From positions 1 through 64,000 of the forward strand of contig CAVUVW010000016.1 in the NCBI GenBank assembly GCA_963745035.1: a stretch of DNA of 64,000 bases, in the 5' to 3' direction. Of the stretch, positions 30,663 through 41,427 are shown piece by piece (positions within the stretch are counted from its first letter, which is position 1; every line of letters begins with the position of its first letter). The notes under the pieces are model-generated. The model saw nothing but the letters and a program-made list of their open reading frames with translations. It searched no databases and was not told the origin of the DNA. This DNA comes from an uncultured delta proteobacterium. Lineage in GTDB: Bacteria; Desulfobacterota; Binatia; UBA9968. Made by a program: the position numbers and the translations under genes.

Positions 30663-31612
30663 ATGTTCAAGATCGGTCTCGTCTTGTCGTTCTGCCTCAT
30701 CACCGGCGTTCACCAGCTGCCGGCCCAAGTCGGTGCGCGGCGCCTTTCCGTCGCCGAGCATCCAGATTCTCCCGCTCATGGTCGCGACCGAGAGAGGCTT
30801 CTTCAAGCGCGAAGGGTTGGACCTGGAGTTGGTCTTCGTGCGCGGCGCGACCGTCGCGGTGCAGGCCCTCCTGGCCAACCAGATCCATTTCATTTTCTCC
30901 ATCGGTCCGCAGATGCCCGCGGTTTGGGAAGGCAACGACATTATGCTGCTCGCGCAGCAGGTGGGGCGGCCGACGTTTTCTCTCGTCGTGACGCCCGACA
31001 TTCAAAAGATCGCCGACCTCAAAGGAAAAAAATTGGGAGTGACGTTCGGCGGCTCGACAGCCGCAGGGACTAAAGCGCTGCTGGAGCTGAACAAGATCAA
31101 TCCCGACAAAGACGTCGAGTACATCAGCCTGCCGGGAAACGAGCCCAAGATCGCCGCGATGAAGCAGGGAATTATTTCCGCGGCGTTGCTCGCGCCGCCG
31201 TCGGATTATCTGGCGATGAAGTCGGGGCTGAAGCGGCTCGTGAGTCTCGCCGATATATTCAAAGACACTGCGTTCACCGGCCTTGCCGACGATGAGCAAG
31301 ACGATCAAGGAAAATCCGCAGACCGTGCGGCGCATGGTGCGGGCCATCGTGCGCGCGGTCATCCACACGCGCGACAACCCGGAAGACGCTTTGTCCGTTT
31401 CGATGAAGCGCCTGGGCATGGACCGCGACGCCGCTCAGGACGCTTACCAGATGATCCGCGAAGCTTTGGTTCCGGTGCCGACCGAAAAAGGCGTCGAGTT
31501 GATGGCGCAGTGGCAAGCCATCGCCCTCAACATGAAGCCCAAGCGCAAACCGGTCGAGTATATGGATCTGCGATTCGCCAACGAAGCGGTGGCGGAGCTG
31601 GGGCAAAAATAG
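30663..31612 (+). CDS. ABC substrate-binding protein, SsuA/NMT1-like (frameshifts near 30733 and 31285)
   Basis: AGGAG then ATG 30663 with signal peptide; RGFFKREGLDLE; C-terminus TIKENPQTVRRMVRA in another frame. Confidence 0.8.
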
Positions 31613-31679
31613 AAATTGTTCCTCGGGCCGTCGGCCCGCAGAGCGCGATTTTTTTAACGAAGAATGTTTCGAAGTGGGA

Positions 31680-31708
31680 TTGACATATCTTGGGAGCGGT
31701 CCTAGCCT
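31680..31708 (+). promoter_or_regulatory. Candidate sigma70 promoter
   Basis: TTGACA-17 nt-TAGCCT, ending 8 nt before ATG 31717 (possibly a leaderless transcript). Confidence 0.45.
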
Positions 31709-31716
31709 CCAACCCT

Positions 31717-32373
31717 ATGGGTAGAGCGAACCGGCTGCCGGCTCTTTGGTTCATTGTGTTGCTAGCAGGCTGCGCGGGCATTGCGGCGAGCGGGCAGTTT
31801 CAATCCGGCCGAAGGGCGCTGCTGATGGGCGATCCCGTGACTGCGGCAGGGTACTTTCAGGCTGTTGCTGACACCAACCCGAATTATGTGAACGTCATTC
31901 AAAATTATCGCGAGAACGTTTGGACCTATTTGGGGCGATCCCTGTATGAGGCCAAACGCTACGAGGAGGCTCGTAAGGCCTTGGAACGAGCACTTGCATT
32001 GGACTCGCAGGATCAGTTGGCCAAGCTCTACCTGGGACTCACTCATATACAGACAGGGGATCGGTCGAGGGGTCTAAAGGAAGTCGAAAGCGGCATGAAA
32101 GGAATCTATGACTGGATCGAGTACATGAACCGGACCCAGCCTCACCAAGCTTTTTGGGATCCCTCGTTCCATATTCGCAAACAGATCGATCAGACCTTGG
32201 CATCCGTGTCTGCCAAGGATTCCAATCCGCAACAACTGCTTGCCGACGCCGAATGGGTCGGAAAGACGTTCGAGGAAGAACTGGACAAAGTTCGAGACGA
32301 CGAGCGCCGGCAATTTCAGCGCGATATGGACCGCCAGCGCGGTTTTGGCATCGGTGTCGGTATCGGGTTCTAA
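31717..32373 (+). CDS. TPR-containing lipoprotein
   Basis: Lipobox LAGC; TPR-like VWTYLGRSLYEAKRYEEARKALERALALD; Gly/aromatic tail GFGIGVGIGF. Confidence 0.82.
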   Translation: MGRANRLPALWFIVLLAGCAGIAASGQFQSGRRALLMGDPVTAAGYFQAVADTNPNYVNVIQNYRENVWTYLGRSLYEAKRYEEARKALERALALDSQDQLAKLYLGLTHIQTGDRSRGLKEVESGMKGIYDWIEYMNRTQPHQAFWDPSFHIRKQIDQTLASVSAKDSNPQQLLADAEWVGKTFEEELDKVRDDERRQFQRDMDRQRGFGIGVGIGF

Positions 32374-32628
32374 AAAACAGCGCTATTGAACTTGTGGTAA
32401 TAACCATCGCCGAATTGACCGCAAATCCCTTCGCTTCGATATAGCGCTTCTCCCACACTTGCTGGCGGAATCACCTTCATGCTCGTTCGTTCGCGCTGCG
32501 CTCGCGTCTGATTGACGGCGCGACCTTGCTTCGGTAAAAGACATGAATTGCCTGAAAATCATTCGTTTGGTTCACGAACAGGCGAGTCGTCTGGCGCGCC
32601 GGCCGGCGCACGTTATTTTCTTTGGTTG

Positions 32629-32643
32629 TGGCATTTGCCTTGC
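32629..32643 (+). promoter_or_regulatory. Candidate sigma54 (-24/-12) promoter
   Basis: TGGCATTTGCCTTGC = GG-N10-GC, ~60 nt upstream of the bactofilin ATG. Confidence 0.5.
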
Positions 32644-32704
32644 GTGAGTGCTTCATTTTCTCGTCGCTTCGCAAAATATCCGTTGTTTAGCACAGGGAGG
32701 ATTT

Positions 32705-33203
32705 ATGGCGCTTTGGAATCCAACGACAGCAGAGGGCAATCACGAAAAGCCGACCGCCGCGCCAGCCGGCGCGCCGCAAGCGACTGCCATCCCCGTGGCC
32801 AGAGAAGGCGCATCGCGGGGCCGTCGCGAATCCGTGCTCGGCGCCGGAGTCACCATCGAGGGCAAAATCGAGGGGGACGCAGACGTGCGCATCGCGGGGA
32901 AGTTTAAAGGAGAGATTCAAATCAAGGGAGACTTGATCATCGAAAGAGGCGCCCGGCTCGCGGCGAAGGTGAGCGCGGCCAACGTAACTCTCGGCGGCGA
33001 GCTGGACGGAAACGTCGCCGCCCGGGCAGATCAAGATTTTGGAATCCGCCCAGATGATCGGTGATCTGAAAGCCAACACCTTGACCGTCGCCGCCGGCTC
33101 GCGCATGCGCGGCCATGTCGAGTGCGGCTGGAATGCAACGGAGACGGGAAAGCTCTTGAACGGTCAAGCGCACGACAATGATAAGAACCGGCCCGGCGGA
33201 TGA
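32705..33203 (+). CDS. Bactofilin / polymer-forming cytoskeletal protein (frameshift near 33022)
   Basis: GGGAGG then ATG; SVLGAGVTIEGKIEG...GNVAA|GQIKILESAQMIGDLKANTLTVAAGSRMRG. Confidence 0.85.
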
Positions 33204-33224
33204 ACGCCGGCCGCGCGTCGTCGA

Positions 33225-33989
33225 TCAACTTTCCGAAGCGGCGAGTAATCGGCCCCATCCTTGAACCGGCGGAATAATCTTTGGCCGGACGAGATCATTC
33301 CACACTTCGGCGCTCATGTTGGTGAACGCCGGCTTGCCGAACTCCTCTTCTATCGCGGGGATAACGTGCAGCGACATGGCCGCGCCTCCCGGTACCGAAA
33401 TCGCTTCGGCCTCGGGCCAGGTTCTTGCCGCCTCGCGGCCGACGTCGAGCGCCATTTCCAAGCCTTGTTCCAAACTCATGGCGAAAGAGTCCGACGCCCA
33501 CTGATTGCGCTTCGTGGTGCCCACGACCTCGATGCCGCCGGCCTCGAGGTAGCGCTTGATGGCATCGTTCACCGGGTCCGCCCAGCGGCTGCCGACCGCG
33601 AGCTTGGTCAATCCAAGATGATTCATCGCCGCGATCAGCGCCTCGAGCGGAGCGTCGGCGGCTATGCCGGTCTTCTCTTTCGTTTCGCTGAGCAGTTCGC
33701 GCACCCGCGGACGCGTCAGCATGGCCGAGATCGGCGCGCCGCTGAAGATGATATGATCGACCTTCTCTTTCGCCAGCCGGTCGACGCAGTTCCAGTAGTT
33801 CTTGATCGCTTTCTCGACGCCCTCCTTCGTATAATTCTCCAGCCCGAGGCCCGTGGAGATTTCGATGAAGTCGAGCGGCAGGAGCCGATAGAGCTGATAG
33901 CTGCGCGCGCGCTGGACTTCTTCGTGGGCACGGGGCTGGATCACCCCATAGCGAAAACGCGGCAACAGCTTTTGTACGTAGTCGGTCAT
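33225..33989 (-). CDS. Asp/Glu racemase superfamily protein (maleate isomerase / arylmalonate decarboxylase-like)
   Basis: Overall pattern GVIQP...ALIAAMNHLGLTKLAVGS...YLEAGGIEVV...IEEEFGKPAFTN. Confidence 0.75.
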   Translation of the reverse strand: MTDYVQKLLPRFRYGVIQPRAHEEVQRARSYQLYRLLPLDFIEISTGLGLENYTKEGVEKAIKNYWNCVDRLAKEKVDHIIFSGAPISAMLTRPRVRELLSETKEKTGIAADAPLEALIAAMNHLGLTKLAVGSRWADPVNDAIKRYLEAGGIEVVGTTKRNQWASDSFAMSLEQGLEMALDVGREAARTWPEAEAISVPGGAAMSLHVIPAIEEEFGKPAFTNMSAEVWNDLVRPKIIPPVQGWGRLLAASES

Positions 33990-34118
33990 AACGAGAGCTC
34001 CTTCCAGATCATTGGTTTAAAAAATCCGTTAAAGTCGGGCGTACGACGCGCACGTCAAAGCGCAACAATTCTGCGCGTCCCTGCAAGGTCGAACGCGTAT
34101 CGCCGCCAGGCGTTGTCC

Positions 34119-35168
34119 CTAGTTTTCATACAGCCGTTTGACGAAGCCGCTCGCTTCGATCTCCCGCGCGATTTTGTACGAGACGAATTGCTCCGGATCG
34201 GCGCTCTTGGCCGCAGGCGTCGTGCTTGAAAGTTCCGTGAGAATCGTGCGAATCCCCTCCAGGGTCGGGATCGGCAGCGCCAGATATCTGCCCGCGATAT
34301 CGTTGTAGTTGTGCTCCAGCACCTCGCGGTCGTCGTTACGGGTATATTTTTTCAGCACCCCCAGTGCGGCTTCTTTATTGCGCTTGAAGTCGCGGATCGC
34401 TTCGATGTAGGCGAGCATGAATGCCTTAACGGTCGCTTCGTTTTTTTGAAGATACGATCTGGTCGTGCCGATGGCGGAAGTAGGATAATCCAGCCCCAGG
34501 TCGGCGAGATCGCCGAGCTCGCGAAAGCCCGCTTTACGCGCGATCAGCGACGAGGTGCCGGTCGTCACCCCAGCGTCGAGCATCTTGGTTTGCATGGCGC
34601 GGACCGTGTCCTGCGTCGTACCGATTTGCAGAATATTGACGTCGCGCTCGGGATTGAGGCCCCACTTCTTAAGGGCCAGCCGCACCGCGAAATCGGATGT
34701 CGCCCCATAGCGGCTGACGCCCAATTTCTTGCCCTTGAGCTGCGCCGGGCTGGTGATTTCCGGCGCGCTGAAAACTTTGAAGACAAAGCCGTTGACGAGA
34801 GCGGCGATGAGAACCGTGTCGGCTCCCTGCAACGCGGCCTGCACCAAACCGGAACCCGACAGAGAGGAGATTTGCAGATCCTTGGCGATCAGCGCTCGCA
34901 ACGAGACCGATCCGGTGCCCATGCCGACCAGCACCACATCGAGACCCTGCTTCTCGAATAGTTTCGTTTCCTTGGCAAACCCCAGTACCGCAACGCCGCC
35001 GTCGGTGGAACCATAACCGATGACGACTTTAACCGGCGGCTTGCCCTGCCCCGCCAGCGCGCTCTGCGCACGGAGCAAAAGAAAAAGAACGGCAAGCGCC
35101 GCAAGCAGCAGTCCGCCAAAACGCTGCGGCAGCCGAGGGCGATGCGATCCGAGGCGAGAAATGGTCAT
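34119..35168 (-). CDS. ABC substrate-binding protein, SsuA/NMT1-like
   Basis: LFEKQGLDV, LKGKKLGVSRYGATSD, ASGFVKRLY. Confidence 0.9.
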   Translation of the reverse strand: MTISRLGSHRPRLPQRFGGLLLAALAVLFLLLRAQSALAGQGKPPVKVVIGYGSTDGGVAVLGFAKETKLFEKQGLDVVLVGMGTGSVSLRALIAKDLQISSLSGSGLVQAALQGADTVLIAALVNGFVFKVFSAPEITSPAQLKGKKLGVSRYGATSDFAVRLALKKWGLNPERDVNILQIGTTQDTVRAMQTKMLDAGVTTGTSSLIARKAGFRELGDLADLGLDYPTSAIGTTRSYLQKNEATVKAFMLAYIEAIRDFKRNKEAALGVLKKYTRNDDREVLEHNYNDIAGRYLALPIPTLEGIRTILTELSSTTPAAKSADPEQFVSYKIAREIEASGFVKRLYEN

Positions 35169-35413
35169 ATTTTCACGCCGACATTTGGCAAAGCTGCGTT
35201 TGCCGTGTGGATGTTACCAATCTCCGCCGAACGTATTCGTTGATCTGCTCGCTGTCAAATTAAACGGATCGGCTCATTGAGTTGGAGCAAAAGCGAGGAT
35301 GGGATTGTTGGAGGACACTTTTCGTCCTACCCGTCTGAACGCTTTAAACGAGTCGGAGGATTCTGCGTCGTGCCGAGTTATCGACTTATTGGCGCGCGCC
35401 GGTCCATAAAACT

Positions 35414-36520
35414 TCAGGCCAAGCTTGCCAGCAGCGGTTTGAGAGCGGTGGCGACGCCTTGGGCGATGCGGTGCATGCCGAGATCGTTGGGATGCACGGT
35501 ATCCGTGACGAGGAGATAGAGCGGGTCGTCGACCATCGATAAGCCGTCGAGGAAGTGCAGGTTCCGGTCGGTCCTTTGACGCTCGCGGACTACGCGGATG
35601 ATCGCTTCGCGGTAGGCCTGGGGCATTTCGCCGTTCTGGTTTCCGCCCGTCAGATCCAATCGATTCAAGATTGGCGTGATGCAAAGGATCGGCTTGGACG
35701 GGGCGGCGGCGCGAATTGTTTCAAGATAGGCGTCGTATTTCTTTTCGTACTGAGCCGCGGTCTCCGGTTTCCCGGCCGAATCGGCGCCGGCCAGGGAATT
35801 GGCTCCGAGCATGATCGTGAGAATGTCCCAATCTTCGCGCGCCGCGATAGTTTGGGCCACGATGTTATCGGCCCAAGCTGTCCCGCCGAAACCGTAATTG
35901 AGCGGCACACAGCCGACTTTATCCGCCACCTGCGAGACGTAAGTTTCCCGCGGGCTGGTGACGCCGTGACCGTGGGTGATCGAATCGCCGTGAAACAACA
36001 CGCGCGGCCGGTTGTCCGGCGCCGGGCGCGAGAGTTTTGCGTCGCGCTCGATGCCGACGGCGTGAATGATGAGTTCGGCGTTGCGATAGTAGAACGGCAA
36101 CAGGACCTTGATCTCGGCTTCGCCGGAAAGCGCGCGGTCGTCGTAGATCGTCACATCCTGCTGCGTGAAAACGGTCAACGCCGGAACGCTGGCGACGTAT
36201 TTGCCGTCGCGGTAGAGGGAGAAGAACGACGGCCGAGACCTTTCCCACGCGACCGCAGGACCCGCGGGGCTATCCCCGGAATCGATGAACGTGACGCGCA
36301 AGACCAGCTTCTTCGCATCAGTGCGAAAGCGCAAAGTCACGCCCGCCGCCGACATGCCGCGCCAAGCGGTGCGCGGCGGCCACCGGTCGCGCCAAACTTT
36401 CGGCACGCGCACGGGCTGAAGTCCGCCGTCGCGCGCTTCCCAGTCGGCGACATTCAACCACTCGAACCGCTCGTCGCGCACGTCAAGCCATTGAAGCGTC
36501 GCGTCTAGTTTTGTTTCCAT
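35414..36520 (-). CDS. SGNH/GDSL hydrolase
   Basis: FHGDSITHG, NYGFGG, LGAN, DTVHPND. Confidence 0.88.
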   Translation of the reverse strand: METKLDATLQWLDVRDERFEWLNVADWEARDGGLQPVRVPKVWRDRWPPRTAWRGMSAAGVTLRFRTDAKKLVLRVTFIDSGDSPAGPAVAWERSRPSFFSLYRDGKYVASVPALTVFTQQDVTIYDDRALSGEAEIKVLLPFYYRNAELIIHAVGIERDAKLSRPAPDNRPRVLFHGDSITHGHGVTSPRETYVSQVADKVGCVPLNYGFGGTAWADNIVAQTIAAREDWDILTIMLGANSLAGADSAGKPETAAQYEKKYDAYLETIRAAAPSKPILCITPILNRLDLTGGNQNGEMPQAYREAIIRVVRERQRTDRNLHFLDGLSMVDDPLYLLVTDTVHPNDLGMHRIAQGVATALKPLLASLA

Positions 36521-36537
36521 GTTTTTTTCCCGCCCGG

Positions 36538-37582
36538 TCATGCGCCGAGGTGGGGCATGACTTTGGTCGCGAACAGTTCGATGGAGCGCATCACCTGCTC
36601 ATGCTTCAAACCGCCGAAGCTGAACATACCGACCAGGCAGTCCGGTTGCGCGGTCGCGATCATCTCGCGAGCTTTTTTAACCACCGTAGTCGGGACTGCC
36701 GATCAGCGAGGTGCCCCATTCATCAAGCCGTTTGACCGTAAGTCCGCCGGGGAAATAGGGGAAGCGCTCGGTGAATTTTGGGAGATCGTCCGGAGAAAGA
36801 GTATCGCCGCGCCAAAAGTTATCGGTCGCGAGCTGCCAAAAGCGAGTGATCTCCGGCGGCGCTTCCTGCCACGCTCGCTCGTCGCTGTCGGCGACGTAAA
36901 TATCGCGCACCATGATCGCGTTGCCTGTCCCTTGAAGCTCAGGGTGCTTGGCGCGCTCTTCGCGATAAGCTTTGATCGCTTTGGCGCAGTTCGCCAACGG
37001 CTGGCGCGACAGCGCGAGGTTCCAACCGCGACGCGCGACCATGGCGGGGCTGTCGGGCGAAGTGGCGCCATAGTAGATCGGCGGATGGGGTTTTTGCAGC
37101 GGCCGCGGCCGGCACGTGATGTCGATGTAGTTCCAGGCCTTGCCGCTGTACGTGAAAGTGTCTTCGGTCCAGGAGCGCATCAGAATCTCGATGCCTTCTT
37201 CGAAGCGCGCTTGCGCCGTGTCCCGATCGAGACCGTGCTTCAAGTCGTCGCGCGGCACGCCGCGGCCCAAACCGACGTTCAACCGTCCGCTCGTGAGGAT
37301 ATCCAGCATGCCGCACTCTTCGGCGAGACGCATGGGATCGTAGAGCGGCAGGACGTTGACGAGATTGCCCATGCGCAGGCGCTGGGTGCGCGGCGCGAGC
37401 GCGGCGATGATCAGATTGGGCGACGCGAGCATGCCGTAATCCGAGTGATGATGCTCGGCGAACCAGGCGTCGTCGAAGCCCATTCGCTCGGTCAGCAGTA
37501 TCTGTTCGAGCAATTCCTCGAAAGCCTGTTTCTCCGGCACCCAAGGCCGTGCCTGGTTATAACTGAAAGTGCCAAAGCGCAT
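36538..37582 (-). CDS. LLM-class flavin-dependent oxidoreductase (frameshift near 36685)
   Basis: MRFGTF...WFAEHH...GRLNVGLGRG; continues VVKKAREM...SIELFATKVMPHLGA* in another frame. Confidence 0.88.
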
Positions 37583-37716
37583 GCGTTATTCCTCCGGTAT
37601 CCCGTCAACTAAGTACTCAAACAGCCAAGCTGTAGTTTACCACGAAGCGATTCATGATCTTACGCTCGCCTGCAGATGAAGTAAGCAGAGTTTTCCGGCA
37701 CGATTCTCCCGCTACT

Positions 37717-37790
37717 CGTCATTCCCGCGGACGCGGGATCCAGGTTGTTTTCGCGAATTAGTCTGGCTACCCGCTTTCGCGGGTATGACG
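37717..37790. repeat. GTCATTCCCGCG-type REP-like palindromic element
   Basis: CGTCATTCCCGCGGACGCGGGATCCAG ... CTGGCTACCCGCTTTCGCGGGTATGACG. Confidence 0.75.
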
Positions 37791-37868
37791 GAAACGCTGC
37801 GGTTTACTACAGTACTCCGGGTTCTTCATTTCATAATTCATTCGCCGCTCGGTATTTTCGAGGGTGCG

Positions 37869-38353
37869 CTATATGCCGAGCCAGGTCTGGATCGCGCCGG
37901 CCTCGAATTGGATGTGCACCAAGCGCTGAAACAGCAGATAGAAAAACACCCAAGTAAGCCGGTGAGCGCGAGCGAGTGAATCCAACTTGTTGCGCTTTGA
38001 AATTTCAGAAAGAAAAAAATGAAGATCGGCACCGTCAACGGAAAACCGATCAGGTAGACGAACATGATGAAGCCGGCGATCCACGCGAAGATAACACAGG
38101 CGCGGCGGCGCGCGGCGCCGTCCGAGACTTCAGCGGAAAACTCCGCCTCCAGCGCCGGCCCTTTGGTGATTTCCTGCGCTCCGAAAAATTCCAGATAGAG
38201 ATGGAGCAGCACCAGTATCAGGATCGGGATGGCCGTGGCCAATGGAAATAATTTGGCCTTGAACGTCCAGCCCGACGCCGCGAAGATCGCGTAGCCCGCG
38301 ACCAGGAGCAGGAACGCGCTGAAGTAGAGGTGGCCTTTTCTGTTATTCATCAA
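37869..38353 (-). CDS. tctB: Tripartite tricarboxylate transporter small membrane subunit (frameshift near 37958)
   Basis: Small multi-TM protein (LFPL, YLIGF, FYLLFQRLVHIQF) overlapping the tctA stop. Confidence 0.75.
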
Positions 38354-39857
38354 TCACCGCCGCCGGCCCACGCGGGCTTCTCGCGCACAAAGGGATAGAC
38401 GATGACCACGACCATGAGAACGATCAGCACGAGCACCAGCGGATGCGCCAGCCAGGCAAAGCCGTAGCGCGCCACGGAAATGAACAGATAGGTTTCGACG
38501 AGCTTGCCGAGCACCAGCCCGAGCACGAGCGGCGGGCGCGGCCAACCCCAAAGCACCATGAGATAGCCGAGCACGCCGAAGCAAAAAGTGACGATCAAAT
38601 CGGCGATATGACGGTTGGCGGTGTAGCTGCCGACGAAGACGAGCAACAGGACAAAGGGAATGATCAGATCCGCCCCGGATATATGTCACCTTGGCGAGTT
38701 GGTCGAGCACGGCGAGCGACAACACGACGGTGATGATGTTGGCGATGACCAGAGTCCAAACCATCGAGTAGGTCACCGCCAGATGCTTGCTCAGCATGTC
38801 GGGGCCGGGCACCAATCCCATGATCATGAATCCGCCGAGCAGAATCGCCATGGCGCCGCTGCCCGGCACGCCGAAAGCGATGGTCGGCACGAGATCGCCG
38901 CCTTCTTTGGAATTGTTCGCCGCGCCGGGCCCGAGCACGCCGCGCACATCTCCCTTGCCGAAGCGCTCGCGGTCCTTGGCGTCTTTCGCGCTCTGCACGG
39001 CATGGGCGTAAGCCATCCATTGGGCGACGCCGCCGCCGGCGCCGGGCATGATGCCGACGAATACGCCGACCGCCGAGCAGCGAAATACCAGCCAGAAGTG
39101 GCGGAAGGTATCTTTGATGCCTTCGACCACACCGCGGCTCAAATTTGCCGCGGGACGGTCGCCGGCGATGGATGTGCCGCGCACCGCGAGATCGACCAAC
39201 TCCGGAATCGCGAAGATGCCCACCAACACGGGCACGAGATCGAGCCCTTCCCACAGGTACAAAAGCCCCATGTCGAATCGGAGCGAGCCCGACTGGCGCT
39301 CCTGGCCGATGGTCGAAAGCAACAGGCCGAGCAAGCCCATGGCGAAGCCGCGGATCTGACCGCGCACGCTCAGAGCCGCTGAGCGAGGTGATGCAGGCGA
39401 TGCCGATCATGGAGAGCAGGAACAACTCCGGCGACCCAAAGGTGAGCACCAGCGGGCGGACGATCGGGATCGCGAGCGCCAGAGCGACGGCGCCGATCAA
39501 CGCGCCGACGAGAGAACTCATCAGCGCCGCGCCGAGCGCGCGGCCGGCTTCGCCGTTTTTCGCCATCGGATAACCGTCAACCACGGTGGCGGCGGAAAGT
39601 CCCTCGCCGGGCACGCCGAAAAGTATCGAGGTGATATCGCCCGTGGTCGCGGCCACGGAATGCATTCCTAGCAAGAAAGCGAAGGCTTCGGCGGGAGCCA
39701 TCTTGAAGACGAACGGAATCATCAAGGCGAGAGTCGCCGCGCCGCCGATGCCGGGAAGCAAGCCGACGCAAAAACCGAGAGCCATGCCGACCAGCATCAA
39801 GCTGAAGGCTTTCCACTGGAGAACGAGAAAAAGGCCGTCGATGAAGGCGTCGAGCAT
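38350..39857 (-). CDS. tctA: Tripartite tricarboxylate transporter permease (frameshifts near 39368 and 38668)
   Basis: GLLPGIG, ILFGVPGE..SAATVVDGYPMAKNGEAGRAL, PGAANNS, PTIAFGVPGS, PLVLGLVLG. Confidence 0.88.
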
Positions 39858-40080
39858 CGATTTAGCGCTTTTCGTTGCGGCTGATTAACCGATCGAATTC
39901 GACAAAGACCGGCGCGACTATAGATTCAAGCATGCAAGTCCGTTCAAGGTGTTCTTAAGTCAGTCGAGCCGTTGACTCTTGAACTTTGAAACGAAGAACA
40001 GCCAAGTTTTGTTGACCCGTTGTCGAGGCGGTGTTAAGACAGTCGCGACAACGTGCTGGCGCTTCGCAGAGGAGAACATC

Positions 40081-40884
40081 ATGGCAAAACTCGTTCTGGC
40101 CGCCGGTGTGCCGCATCCGCCGCGCCTGGTTTTCGAAATGCAGCAGTCGCCCGGCAAAGTGCGCGGCGAAGCATTGATGAAGCAGGTGCGCGAGCAAGTG
40201 GAAAAAGCCGAGCCCGATCTCATCATCGAAGTGGACAGCGATCATTTCGTCAATTTTTTCTACAACAATCTGCCGTCGTTTTGCATCGGCATGGCCGAAG
40301 AGGCGCAGGGGCCTCAGGAAGACTGGTGCCCGATGCCGCGCTACACCGTGCGCGGCCACGTGCCGTTTGCCAAGGCGCTTTTTCAATACGGCGTGCATGA
40401 CAAGTTCGATTTCGCCGCGGCGCACGAGCTGCGGCTCGATCATTCCTTGACGGTGCCGCTTCACTTTCTCAATCCTGAGATGCGGCTTCCGGTCGTGCCG
40501 ATTTACACCAACGGCTTCGCATCGCCGCTGCCGCTCGCGACGCGCTGCGTGGCGCTCGGCCGCATGGTGCGGCGCTTCATCGACGCCTGGGAAGGGAAAG
40601 AGCGCATCGCGCTCATCGCCAGCGGCTGCTTCGCCATGGACGTCGGCGGTCCGCTGCGCGGTTGGGTCGATACCGAGTGGGCGGAGACGATTTCAAAACT
40701 GTTGATGCGCGGTCAGTACCAGACGCTCGCACGGCGCGCCACCGAAGAGCGCATCAACGCGGCGGGAAACAACAGCGGCGAGCTGCTCAACTGGATCACC
40801 GTGGCCGGCGCGGTCGGCAAGACCAAGCCGCTATTTTTGGAAGGCGACGACGGCAACGGCTATGCGGTGTGGAAATTCGAGTAG
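40081..40884 (+). CDS. LigB-like class III extradiol dioxygenase large subunit
   Basis: GVPHPP, DSDHFVNFF, LDHSLTVPL, GELLNWI; RBS AGGAG. Confidence 0.8.
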   Translation: MAKLVLAAGVPHPPRLVFEMQQSPGKVRGEALMKQVREQVEKAEPDLIIEVDSDHFVNFFYNNLPSFCIGMAEEAQGPQEDWCPMPRYTVRGHVPFAKALFQYGVHDKFDFAAAHELRLDHSLTVPLHFLNPEMRLPVVPIYTNGFASPLPLATRCVALGRMVRRFIDAWEGKERIALIASGCFAMDVGGPLRGWVDTEWAETISKLLMRGQYQTLARRATEERINAAGNNSGELLNWITVAGAVGKTKPLFLEGDDGNGYAVWKFE

Positions 40885-40962
40885 CGAATTTTTTGGTGTT
40901 GGATTTTACCGGTCCAATAATTGAGATGATGCGAATACCTCTCAGTGCTACAGTTCACCAGG

Positions 40963-41045
40963 ATGTCATGCTGAGCAAAAGCGAAGCATCTGCTTTTTCC
41001 AGAGCGTACAGAAGCAGATTCTTCGGCTGCGCCTCAAAATGACAT
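40963..41045. repeat. GTCATGCTGAG-type REP/MITE-like element
   Basis: ATGTCATGCTGAGCAAAAGCGAAGCATCTGCTT ... AAGCAGATTCTTCGGCTGCGCCTCAAAATGACAT inverted arms. Confidence 0.75.
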
Positions 41046-41088
41046 TCTGACACAGCCTTCGAGTGCGAGAGTGAAGGGTGAGCGCGTT

Positions 41089-41406
41089 ATGAGCGTCTAC
41101 CAAGTCAACAAGCTGCTCTATTTGACGGACAACGATCTGGCATTCCGCAAGCGCATGCTGGAAGAGCCCGAGAAGGTGATCGGCGAATTCAGCCTGACTC
41201 AAGAAGAGCGCGACGCGTTGACTTCAGGCGCGGTGGGTAAGCTTTATCAGATGGGCGTGCACACTTTTCTGCTGAACCATCTCTACCGCTACGAGCTGTT
41301 CGGGGTGAACCGGGACAACTACTTGACGCGCATTCGCGAAGGCATGGCCTACGACCCGCGCTTCGAGCAGGGCAACATGCCGGTGCAGCGGTTTATCAAA
41401 AAATAA
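41089..41406 (+). CDS. LigA-like small dioxygenase subunit
   Basis: MSVYQVNKLLY...FSLTQEERDALTSG.V.KLYQMGVHTFLL; follows the LigB-like gene. Confidence 0.75.
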   Translation: MSVYQVNKLLYLTDNDLAFRKRMLEEPEKVIGEFSLTQEERDALTSGAVGKLYQMGVHTFLLNHLYRYELFGVNRDNYLTRIREGMAYDPRFEQGNMPVQRFIKK

Positions 41407-41427
41407 CATCGAAATTTCGGCGCCGGC

